In this document: positions 21,036-29,236 of the stretch, one piece after another
Numbering within the stretch: position 1 is the stretch's first letter
Layout of the letters: each line of letters opens with the position of its first letter
Assembly (NCBI GenBank): GCA_020061125.1
Contig: JAGUYV010000086.1
Coordinates: 1 to 58,362, forward strand
Length of the DNA stretch: 58,362 nt
Reading direction: 5' to 3'
Source: a bacterium
GTDB taxonomy: Bacteria; UBP15; UBA6099; DSWB01
Notes under the pieces: model-generated
The model's input: only the letters and a program-made list of their open reading frames with translations
Told to the model about the DNA's origin: nothing
Database searches by the model: none
Program-made: the position numbers and the translations under genes

Positions 21036-21064
21036 ATTGTATACTATTTTACTTTCAAGATCAA
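21036..21064 (-). promoter_or_regulatory. Sigma-70-type promoter for the SLH-barrel/lipoprotein pair
   Basis: The minus strand reads TTGATC (21064-21059), a 17-nt spacer, then TACAAT (21041-21036). It lies just downstream of the terminator of the preceding gene. Confidence 0.45.
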
Positions 21065-21088
21065 CAAGTCCAAATTTTCCGGAATCCG

Positions 21089-21133
21089 AAAAAAACTCCG
21101 GCCGCCGGCCTGAAAGGTGCGCAGGCCGGCGGC
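21089..21133 (-). terminator. Rho-independent terminator after the 1413-aa protein gene
   Basis: A 12-bp GC stem pairs GCCGCCGGCCTG (21101-12) with CAGGCCGGCGGC (21122-33), with a 9-nt loop. On the minus strand a 7-nt U tract follows (complement of A21089-A21095). It starts 14 nt past the stop codon at 21147-21149. Confidence 0.75.
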
Positions 21134-21146
21134 ACAGCATTATTAA

Positions 21147-24100
21147 CTATTCACACTTCAAACCCGGTTCCGCAAGGCATTCGCCGTACAGGTTGAAGTT
21201 CTGGAAGTAGGCCGTGGTGCAGATGTTGCAGTCGCTCCCGCGCGCTTTGCCGCGCACTATGAAGTCGCTGCCGTCCTCTTTGACCTCGATTTTGAAGGAA
21301 CCCGGCTCGCATGCGGCTTCCACCATGTCCTTGACCTTGCCTTTGCACTGGCCTGCGCTGCAGCCCGCGAACAGAGGCATGTACTGGGGCAGATTCGCGC
21401 CCGCGGGGTCCAGGCCGGTATAGCTCATGGATTCCTGGTCGTAGGAATAGGCGAACACGCCTTCCTTGACATAGCCAAGGGCGTGGGAGCACGCCTCGAA
21501 GTTTTCTTCCACCATGATGCCGCGCGCCCACTCCAGGCCCTGGCCGTGGGGCAGCTTGACGATAGCTTTCCGATCCAGATCCTGTGCTATGTCCAGACTC
21601 ACGCGGTCCGGCAGGGCTCGGACCGTGATCTGGCCCTTGCCCACGATGCCCATGACATTGAGCAGGAATTCGCCCTTGGCGCGCTCGCGGTCGCGGATGG
21701 CCTTGGGCTTGGTCTTGTCCTCGGCGCCCACAAAAAGGATTTCCTTCGCAAACCGGCGGGCCTGCTGCGGGTTCACGCTCATCTTGAAAGTGGCGCTCTC
21801 CTCGGCGATCTTGCCCTTGCCCCCGGCCATGAATTCTTCGAGCACATCGGGATCCAGGCTGATGAAAGCGTGGTTTCCGCTGTAGCCGATGAGCAGGCGC
21901 ATATCCTCGCCGTACTGGATGAGCGTGGGCAGGCGCACGGCCAGGATGTTTGCGCCGCGGCGCTCCACGGCCATGTGCTCACCCGCGGCCGCCAGGGCCT
22001 CCACATCGCCTTCGTACAACTCGCCCGCTTTGCGCTTGTTGCTCAACGCCACGGCGCTTTCCACAACCTTGGCGAGATACTCGAAGTCACGGACTTCCAC
22101 CGCAGCGATGAATTTGGGAATGTATCCGAAGGTCTCTCTGTCGAACTTAATGTCCATGAGCGAGAACCCGGCCTCGGAGCCGAGCGCGCCCGCGATGCCC
22201 TGCATGCTTGTGCCCATGAGTTCCAGATCCTTGCGCAGCGCCACCATGCCCTCGTCGTTGGACTTCATGATCACATTGTCGTTGACATTGGTGAGAATGT
22301 CGCTCAAGTTGCTGATGGACATATACATGATGGAATCGCCGGTGCGGATCAGGCCGTCAACCTGGTGTTTGGCGGACTGGTACTGGTACACTTTGCTGAT
22401 GTAGTCCGTGCCCGCAACTTTGTCTTTGTGCAGCAGAATGTCCAGGGACAGGCGCGGGGAAATGCCGTCAAACGATTTCACGAACAGAACGCCTCGAACG
22501 GCCTTGAGTTCCTTGGCGAGCATCTGCCACTTTTCGAGTTTGGCTTGCGTCGGAGATTTCATAGGAGCGGCTTCTGCTGCGGGTACCGAGGCATCTGCTG
22601 CCGCCTCCATGTCCGCATCAGCCTCCGTCTCCATGCCGGGTTCCGCTGTGTCCGCGGTTTCGGCCATGGTTTCGTCCTGATATTCCTGCTCCATGGCCGC
22701 ATCCGCGGTCTCGCTTTCGAATGCGGCGGATTCGTCCATGGACATGGAATCATCGCTGTAGTCTTCGTAACTGGAGGTGTTCCATTCCTCCTCCATCTTG
22801 ATCATTTCCTGCAGGGAATCAATCTGGCTCTGCACCATCATGGCCATGGCGTCGCCGCTGGCGTAAGCAAAGCCCGCGTAGGATTTGGGAATGTCTTCGC
22901 CCAATTCATCCTGGAGAGATGCGGCCTTGCCGGCTGAAGCGTCTGCAATTTTTTTGAAATAGGGTTCGCTGATGGTGACGACCACGGCGTTCTTGAGGGA
23001 ACCGATCAGCACCATGGGGCGGTCGAGCTGCCCGGGTTTGGAGGCCGCGTCGCTGTAAATTCTGTACTCGGCGCCTGCGTATGTCATGACGCCTTCGTCC
23101 TTGATCTTCATATCCGGGAAATTGGCTTTGACGAACATGGAAGCGATTTGCTCGAAGGTGGCGGCGGCCTTTTTGCCGTCCGTGGCGCTGATGAACAGCG
23201 CGGCCTCTGGATTTTCCTGTTCGCGTTCGGGCATGCCGCCAACGGTCATGGCGAATTCGCCGCCGTACCAGCCGCCGTTCACCAGCAGGCCGATGCTCCT
23301 GCCCGCGATTGCGGCCAGCTTCGCGATGTTCATGATTTCTGAAACTGAAGTGCGAACGCGTGGCGGCGCGCCGTACTCTTCTGACATGTAATCGTCGCCG
23401 CCGTCCATGCCGTCGAATTCGTCAAGGGATCCGGCTTCCCAGTCCTGATTTTCCTGCATGGCCATTTCTTCGGCCATGGCGGCCGCGTCATCAGCCGAGG
23501 GAATTTCGGGGGCTGTGCCCATGGCGTTTTTGGCTTCTTGGACAAAAGCGATTGTGTCCCTGACCCGTTCGGGAGTCATGAGCGCGGTCCAGATATTGTT
23601 CATCACAGCTTTGGAAGTGTTGGTGTCAACGGCCAAAACCAGGGCCGGGGCCGCGGGGATTGCGCCCGCCAGGGACGGCAGTTTGTCATCCGCTGCGGGC
23701 GGGACAACCTGGTCCTTGATTTTGCCCATGAGCTTCTCAAGAGGCAGTTTGTGGACTCCGACCACGGACACATCCTGAACGAGCGTGGCCTGAACCATGC
23801 GGGGCGTGCAGGATACGGAAAGCTCGGTGGTTCGGTACATGTTTTTAAAGTCTTCGACGGTGCGAATGAAACTCCAGCCAGGCAACTGGTTGAACAGTTT
23901 GTCCATGGCGCGAGGCGCATTCATGGTCATGTGAATGTTCGACACCTGCGGAGAGGCGGCGCCCCTGGCGCGCTTGAGGTGATCGTCGAGCGTGCCCTGG
24001 TCCAGGCTGGCGTACAGGAACCGGTCCTTGAATCCGATGACCGGCTTCATGCCTTCGGGCAGTTTGAGATGCGCAGGCAAAGCCACTTCCCAGGCGTTTT

Positions 24101-25388
24101 CCGCGGTCTTTTTGATGTCAATTTTCGGATTGAAGCCCTTGAGGACTTTGTTCGCAGCTTCGATGACCAAGTCCTTGTCATTGACTTCCAGAGCGCCGAT
24201 GGCCTTGAACATCAGGCTTCCGTCCGCTCCGGCGCTAAAGTCAATAATCGAGCCGGCGGCCTCGGAGCCGAGCGCCGCAGCCAGCTTTTCGGGATCCATG
24301 CCAAGGTCTTTACGCAGATCGGCGAGCTGCTTTTTATCCAGGGAAGCGAGCGCGGCATTGGCCATGTCTCCAACATTATTCACGGACAGATAAAGCAGTG
24401 AGGCCTCGCTGCTCACGCGGCTGGACACGCGGTGCGCGGACGGCTCGAACGAGGCAAGTTTCGAAAGCACGGCGGTGTCTTTGAGTTTTTTGTCATCAAG
24501 AACCAGGCCGAAGCGCACTTCGGGGGAAAGATTGCGGTAAGACAGGCTGTAGAGCGCGCCTTTCACGGCCGCAGCTTCTTTGGCCAGAAGCTCGTCGGCG
24601 ATAGGCATATCCAGGCCCTTGAGCACTTTGGCGCGGTCTGCGTACACATACATCAGATAATTGTCCGGCACATCCTTGAGGCGCAGGTCCGCCAACTGTT
24701 TCTGCCTCTGGGTGCGCTTGCCGTTAATCGAGGAAACCACGGTCTTGAGCATGTCCGCGGACGGGCTGACGACCAGGGCGCGCTTTGTGGACGCCCAGCA
24801 GAACGCGCCCACCACGCTCTCGGGATTCTGATTGCAGTGCAGGGTCACGCCCGCATGCTGCGTGTCCTTGAATTCGATTTTCTGCGCGCGGATCTTCTTG
24901 GCCTTTTCCGGGGATTCCTCTTCCGCGGATTTGGCGGACTCCTCTTTGATGAGTTCCAGCATTTTGGGGAAGTTTTTTTCGGCTTTGCCCTTATTGCGGG
25001 AGCCGACGAGAACCGCGAAAGCCGGATCGCCGGAATCCTCGAAACTGCCCACGACCATGACTTCACGGGTGAGCCAGGGCATGGCCAGTTTCACCATCTT
25101 GCCGGGCATGCCGGAATCGTCTTCTTCCTCTTCTTCATCGGTTTTCATGAGGTCGGAGAACCGGCCCAGGCCGATGGCGCGAATGTACTTAAACGCCGTG
25201 TTGCCCGCGTTGTACAGGTCAATGGAAACCACGATGGCGGCATCGTCGGGCGCGGCGTCGGCCAGGGGCTTGGGCGTGAGAAACGGCCGCACCATGGACG
25301 CATACATCAGGGCCGCTACCGCGGCGATTACGACCACGACGCCAAGGATGATTTTTCCGGCATTGGATTTTTTGGCGGTTCCGGACAT
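21147..25388 (-). CDS. Large membrane-anchored protein: two tandem DUF3352-like modules, acidic linkers and a Cys-rich C-terminal domain
   Basis: 1413 aa from ATG 25386-25388 (MSGTAKKSNAGKIILGVVVVIAAVAALMY, a single transmembrane helix; GGAGGA 5 nt upstream). Internal duplication with a 696-codon period. Three D/E/M-rich linkers. Eight Cys in the last ~125 residues. Confidence 0.8.
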   Translation of the reverse strand: MSGTAKKSNAGKIILGVVVVIAAVAALMYASMVRPFLTPKPLADAAPDDAAIVVSIDLYNAGNTAFKYIRAIGLGRFSDLMKTDEEEEEDDSGMPGKMVKLAMPWLTREVMVVGSFEDSGDPAFAVLVGSRNKGKAEKNFPKMLELIKEESAKSAEEESPEKAKKIRAQKIEFKDTQHAGVTLHCNQNPESVVGAFCWASTKRALVVSPSADMLKTVVSSINGKRTQRQKQLADLRLKDVPDNYLMYVYADRAKVLKGLDMPIADELLAKEAAAVKGALYSLSYRNLSPEVRFGLVLDDKKLKDTAVLSKLASFEPSAHRVSSRVSSEASLLYLSVNNVGDMANAALASLDKKQLADLRKDLGMDPEKLAAALGSEAAGSIIDFSAGADGSLMFKAIGALEVNDKDLVIEAANKVLKGFNPKIDIKKTAENAWEVALPAHLKLPEGMKPVIGFKDRFLYASLDQGTLDDHLKRARGAASPQVSNIHMTMNAPRAMDKLFNQLPGWSFIRTVEDFKNMYRTTELSVSCTPRMVQATLVQDVSVVGVHKLPLEKLMGKIKDQVVPPAADDKLPSLAGAIPAAPALVLAVDTNTSKAVMNNIWTALMTPERVRDTIAFVQEAKNAMGTAPEIPSADDAAAMAEEMAMQENQDWEAGSLDEFDGMDGGDDYMSEEYGAPPRVRTSVSEIMNIAKLAAIAGRSIGLLVNGGWYGGEFAMTVGGMPEREQENPEAALFISATDGKKAAATFEQIASMFVKANFPDMKIKDEGVMTYAGAEYRIYSDAASKPGQLDRPMVLIGSLKNAVVVTISEPYFKKIADASAGKAASLQDELGEDIPKSYAGFAYASGDAMAMMVQSQIDSLQEMIKMEEEWNTSSYEDYSDDSMSMDESAAFESETADAAMEQEYQDETMAETADTAEPGMETEADADMEAAADASVPAAEAAPMKSPTQAKLEKWQMLAKELKAVRGVLFVKSFDGISPRLSLDILLHKDKVAGTDYISKVYQYQSAKHQVDGLIRTGDSIMYMSISNLSDILTNVNDNVIMKSNDEGMVALRKDLELMGTSMQGIAGALGSEAGFSLMDIKFDRETFGYIPKFIAAVEVRDFEYLAKVVESAVALSNKRKAGELYEGDVEALAAAGEHMAVERRGANILAVRLPTLIQYGEDMRLLIGYSGNHAFISLDPDVLEEFMAGGKGKIAEESATFKMSVNPQQARRFAKEILFVGAEDKTKPKAIRDRERAKGEFLLNVMGIVGKGQITVRALPDRVSLDIAQDLDRKAIVKLPHGQGLEWARGIMVEENFEACSHALGYVKEGVFAYSYDQESMSYTGLDPAGANLPQYMPLFAGCSAGQCKGKVKDMVEAACEPGSFKIEVKEDGSDFIVRGKARGSDCNICTTAYFQNFNLYGECLAEPGLKCE

Positions 25389-25456
25389 GAACTTCCTCCA
25401 TGTAGGCTTTTGTGAAACAGGCCGCGGGCGCATGCCCGGCGGCACAAACAGGTTAG

Positions 25457-25485
25457 ATCATAACAAAGGCCCCCTGCTTTGTAAA
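25457..25485 (-). promoter_or_regulatory. Sigma-70-type promoter for the 1413-aa protein gene
   Basis: The minus strand reads TTTACA (25485-80), a 17-nt spacer, then TG-T-TATGAT (extended -10, hexamer 25462-57). The leader is about 60 nt. Confidence 0.45.
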
Positions 25486-25623
25486 CGCCTGCGCGCACAC
25501 CCGGGAAGCGTGCTCCCGCTTGACGGAGCGTGATTTCAAAGATTATTCTTTAACTATACGCTTTACGGGTATCGCATCCGTAAATCCGGGTTCCGTATAA
25601 GCCATCGGGGATTCAACAATCAC

Positions 25624-25968
25624 ATGATCCATAATCAACAGAGCAAGCCGTTGGTCGAGGTTTCTGAAAACAGCAACGAAGTCGTTTTCATCATCAAAGG
25701 GGATCTGGAACAGGGCCGCATGAGCGATTTCAGCCGGGCCATGGATCTGGAACTCAAAAAGAAACAGGATAGGGATCTGGTCATTGATCTTGACCGATGC
25801 CGGTTTGTGGACAGCGGCAACCTGGGCGTGATATCGCAGGCGCACCGGGATCTGTCAAGCCGCGGGCGCGCCCTGCGCCTCATCAATGTGCAGAAGGGGG
25901 TGGCCGCCACCCTGGCCTGCACCAGCCTGGATAAGATTTTCGACATCCGGCTCAAAAACGGCGGTTGA
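25624..25968 (+). CDS. STAS-domain protein (anti-sigma-factor antagonist, SpoIIAA-like)
   Basis: 114 aa. LVIDLDRCRFVDSGNLGVI, with the conserved phosphorylatable Ser in the DSG context. Confidence 0.85.
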   Translation: MIHNQQSKPLVEVSENSNEVVFIIKGDLEQGRMSDFSRAMDLELKKKQDRDLVIDLDRCRFVDSGNLGVISQAHRDLSSRGRALRLINVQKGVAATLACTSLDKIFDIRLKNGG

Positions 25969-26097
25969 AGCCAAGCATGCGCATGTACCTTTTTTACATA
26001 TTCCAGGCGGGCCTGACGGCGCTGATTGTTTTTGCCGTGGCGTACGCATTTCTGGAATCAACCCGTCCGGATCCGGATCCCGAATGCGCGGAGGACC

Positions 26098-27447
26098 ATG
26101 AACCCGCTTAAAATCAGCATCACCGGAGTGCGCGGCGTGGTGGGCGAAACCCTGACGCCGCATCTGGTGGTCCAGTTCGCGCAGGCGTTCGGCTCGTACA
26201 TCGGCGGCGGCCGCGTGTTCGTGTGCAACGACGCGCGCCACTCAGCGGCCATGGTTCGCTCCGCCGCATTGAGCGGCCTGTTGTCCACGGGGTGCGAGCC
26301 GGTGGACTTCGGCGTGTGCCCAACCCCCGGCATGCAGTTCGCGCTCATCGGCTCACGCGCATCCGGCGGCATCGCCATCTCCGCGGGGCACAACCCCGAG
26401 GACTGGAACGCCCTGCGCTTCATTCGCGGCGACGGCATGTATTTCAACGCCCAGGAGGGTGACGCGCTGCTGGATGTGTATCACGCTGGCAATTTCACAA
26501 AAACCGCCTGGGATGGATTCAAAAAGGTTCATATCAAACGCGATCCGTTTGGCGCGCATCTGAAAAAAATCCGCACGGTGTTCGATGCGGACCGCATAAA
26601 GAAGCGCAAATTCCACATTGCCGTGGACACCTGCAACGGCGCATGCTCCGAGGCCGCACCGCGCCTGCTCGAATCCCTGGGCTGCAAGGTCACGGTCATC
26701 CACGACCAGCCCGGAAGCCCGTTCCCTCACGATCCCGAACCCACGCGACGCAATATGCAGACTCTGTGCGCGGTGGTCAAGGCCGCGGGGTGCGACGCCG
26801 GGTTCATGTTCGACACGGCCGGGGATCGGCTTGGCGTGGTCACGGACAAAGGCGAAGCACTGTTCGAGGAACATCTGCTGCCCCTGTGCGTGATGCTGCA
26901 AATGCAGGAAACGCCAGGAACGGTGGTCACGAACTTGAGCACCACGCGAGCCGTGGACGACGCGGCCAACGCCGCGGGCGCGCAGGTCATCCGCACGCCC
27001 ATAGGCCAGGCCTATGTGGCCGAGGCTGCTTTCAAGAACAGGGCCGTGATCGCGGGCGAGGGCAGCGGCGGCATTATCCTGCCCGCCGTGCAGAACAACA
27101 ACGACAGCCTGGCCGCCATGGCGTTTCTGCTGCACCATCTGGCGCGGCGCCGCGTGAGAATCTCGACCCTTGCGGACAAGACGCCGCGCTACGAAATGCG
27201 CAAGCATAAAGCGGCCATGGATTTCACCCGCATCTATTCCGCCATACAGCACGCGCGGCAGGCCGCGGCGCGCGAATTCCCGGGTGCGCGCATGGCACTC
27301 GACGACGGCGTGAAGCTCGAATGGCGCGACGCATGGCTGCACCTGCGACCGAGCAACACCGAATCCGTGATCCGCATTATCGCCGAAGCGCGCACTTCGT
27401 CGCGCGCGGACAATCTCCTGCAAGCGGGCATGGAGCTGATTTCCTGA
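26098..27447 (+). CDS. Alpha-D-phosphohexomutase family protein with degenerate active site (probable pseudoenzyme or divergent activity)
   Basis: Four-domain PGM/PMM layout. The active-site loop reads SAGHNP (26380-97) instead of T/S-A-S-H-N-P. The metal loop reads DTAGDR (26812-29) instead of DxDxDR. The sugar loop GEGSGG and phosphate loop RPSNTES are retained. Start at ATG 26098 (MNPLKISITGVRG). Confidence 0.85.
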   Translation: MNPLKISITGVRGVVGETLTPHLVVQFAQAFGSYIGGGRVFVCNDARHSAAMVRSAALSGLLSTGCEPVDFGVCPTPGMQFALIGSRASGGIAISAGHNPEDWNALRFIRGDGMYFNAQEGDALLDVYHAGNFTKTAWDGFKKVHIKRDPFGAHLKKIRTVFDADRIKKRKFHIAVDTCNGACSEAAPRLLESLGCKVTVIHDQPGSPFPHDPEPTRRNMQTLCAVVKAAGCDAGFMFDTAGDRLGVVTDKGEALFEEHLLPLCVMLQMQETPGTVVTNLSTTRAVDDAANAAGAQVIRTPIGQAYVAEAAFKNRAVIAGEGSGGIILPAVQNNNDSLAAMAFLLHHLARRRVRISTLADKTPRYEMRKHKAAMDFTRIYSAIQHARQAAAREFPGARMALDDGVKLEWRDAWLHLRPSNTESVIRIIAEARTSSRADNLLQAGMELIS

Positions 27448-27488
27448 ACGCCCGCGGCAATCCGTAAGGGAAAGGCGCTTACCGCCGC

Positions 27489-28862
27489 ATGAAACCGGTC
27501 CAGACACTCAAGATCAGCATATCGGGCGTACGCGGCGTGGTGGGCGACAGCCTCACGCCGGATCTGCTCGTGCGCTTCGCCCAGAGTTTCGGCACCTATG
27601 TCGGCCCGCAAACCGTGGTCATCGGCCGCGACACGCGCACCAGCGGCGAGATGGTCAAACACGCCGTGCTCGGCGGCCTCATCAGCTCCGGATGCAAGGT
27701 CGTGGATCTGGATATTGTCCCCGTGCCTACTGTGCAGTTCATGGTGCGAAACCTGCGCGCCGCGGGCGGCATCGCCATCACCGCAAGCCACAATCCCGCG
27801 CAGTGGAACGCTCTCAAGTTCATCCGCGGCGACGGATGCTTCCTGAACCATTACCAGGCGCGCGAACTCATTGACATCTACCACCAGGGCGAATACCGTA
27901 CCGTGCCCGGCCGTCAGATGTGCGAACCGCGCCGCAATGCGCGCGCCGTATCTCTGCACGCAACCGCAATCATCGAGAAAATCGGGAAACTCCCGGCCCG
28001 CGGCAAAAAACTCCTGGCCGTGGTTGACAGCGTGAACGGGGCGGGGTCTGTCATGGCCGCGCCGTTTCTCGAAAGCCTGGGCTGCAAAGTCGTGACCATC
28101 AACAGCAAACCGGACGGCATTTTTCCGCGGCCGCCGGAACCGCTGCCGCAGAACCTCACGGACCTGTGCCACGCCGTGCGCCGCCACAACGCCGACATCG
28201 GTTTCGCCCAGGACGCGGATGCGGACCGCCTGGCCGTGGTGTCCGAAAAAGGGCTTCCCATCGGCGAGGACTTTACCCTGGCCCTGGCCGTGGATTTCGT
28301 GCTGTCCCGCGAGAAGGGGACCGTGGTGGTGAATCTGGCCACCTCGCATGTGATAGACGACATCGTGAAGCGGCGCAAATGCCGGTTGCTCAAAAGCAAA
28401 ATCGGCGAGATCAATGTCACGGAACTCATGATGCAGGAAAACGCGGTCATAGGCGGCGAAGGCAACGGCGGGGTTATCTATCCGGCCGTGAACATGGGGC
28501 GGGACAGTTTCACCGGCATGGCGCTCATCATGCACCTGCTGGCGCAAAGCGCGCGTCCCGTGTCACAGATTGTCGCCCGCTTGCCGCGTTACTCCATGCA
28601 CAAGGCCGCGGTGCCGTGTCCCCAGGAGTTGGTTGTGGAAGTCATGGATCGCCTGGCGCGCGAGGTTTCAGGCAAGAATGTGGATCGTACAGACGGTCTG
28701 AAGATCCAGACCCCGAAAGGCTGGATTCTGATGCGGGCCAGCAACACCGAGCCGATTCTGCGCGTGGTCGCCGAAGCCGGAGACCCCGAAGCCGCAGCCG
28801 CGCTCAACGCCGGGTTCAGGGAAAAAGTCGAAAGCCTGATTCGCAGCGCCGCAGCCAGATAG
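27489..28862 (+). CDS. Phosphohexomutase (phosphoglucosamine/phosphomannomutase family), canonical motifs
   Basis: TASHNP (27780-97), DADADR (28212-29), GEGNGG and RASNTEP are all intact. Confidence 0.9.
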   Translation: MKPVQTLKISISGVRGVVGDSLTPDLLVRFAQSFGTYVGPQTVVIGRDTRTSGEMVKHAVLGGLISSGCKVVDLDIVPVPTVQFMVRNLRAAGGIAITASHNPAQWNALKFIRGDGCFLNHYQARELIDIYHQGEYRTVPGRQMCEPRRNARAVSLHATAIIEKIGKLPARGKKLLAVVDSVNGAGSVMAAPFLESLGCKVVTINSKPDGIFPRPPEPLPQNLTDLCHAVRRHNADIGFAQDADADRLAVVSEKGLPIGEDFTLALAVDFVLSREKGTVVVNLATSHVIDDIVKRRKCRLLKSKIGEINVTELMMQENAVIGGEGNGGVIYPAVNMGRDSFTGMALIMHLLAQSARPVSQIVARLPRYSMHKAAVPCPQELVVEVMDRLAREVSGKNVDRTDGLKIQTPKGWILMRASNTEPILRVVAEAGDPEAAAALNAGFREKVESLIRSAAAR

Positions 28863-29108
28863 TTGTCAGCGTCACCATTCAAGAGATTTGAATATGGAAG
28901 GACACCGCGGAGACGCGGAGTCACGGAGAAAAATCTGATAAGGTTTTTGCGCGGCTCTGCCGCGTTTCCTCCAACACCGGGCATTCAACAGAGTTTTTCT
29001 GTCCATGCGCTCTTAAAGTATCTGGGCGATCTTCACTATCTGCGGCTCCCGTCTTTTCCCTACACGCTATTCGTCAATCGCTTCATTTTTGCGCTCTGCG
29101 CCCCGAAT

Positions 29109-29137
29109 TTGACACATTTTCTCCCCGCGCTCATAAT
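29109..29137 (+). promoter_or_regulatory. Sigma-70-type promoter for the LolA-like protein gene
   Basis: TTGACA (29109-14), a 17-nt spacer, then CATAAT (29132-37), about 100 nt upstream of ATG 29237. Confidence 0.5.
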
Positions 29138-29236
29138 ATGCTCCATGCCGTGCGGGATTCCACGCCACATTGTGTGAAAGCATATCCCGTGGCCAATCAT
29201 CATAGGACAGAGGGTACAGGACAAAGGAGAACAGAG

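Noticed and set aside
26353-28547. Minus-strand ORFs of 384 aa and 437 aa
   Set aside because: They are antisense to the two phosphohexomutase genes and are shadow ORFs.
28863-29177. 104-aa ORF in the intergenic region after the mutase genes
   Set aside because: It has no motif or ribosome-binding site, spans the hairpin train and the predicted promoter of the next gene, and has an odd composition.
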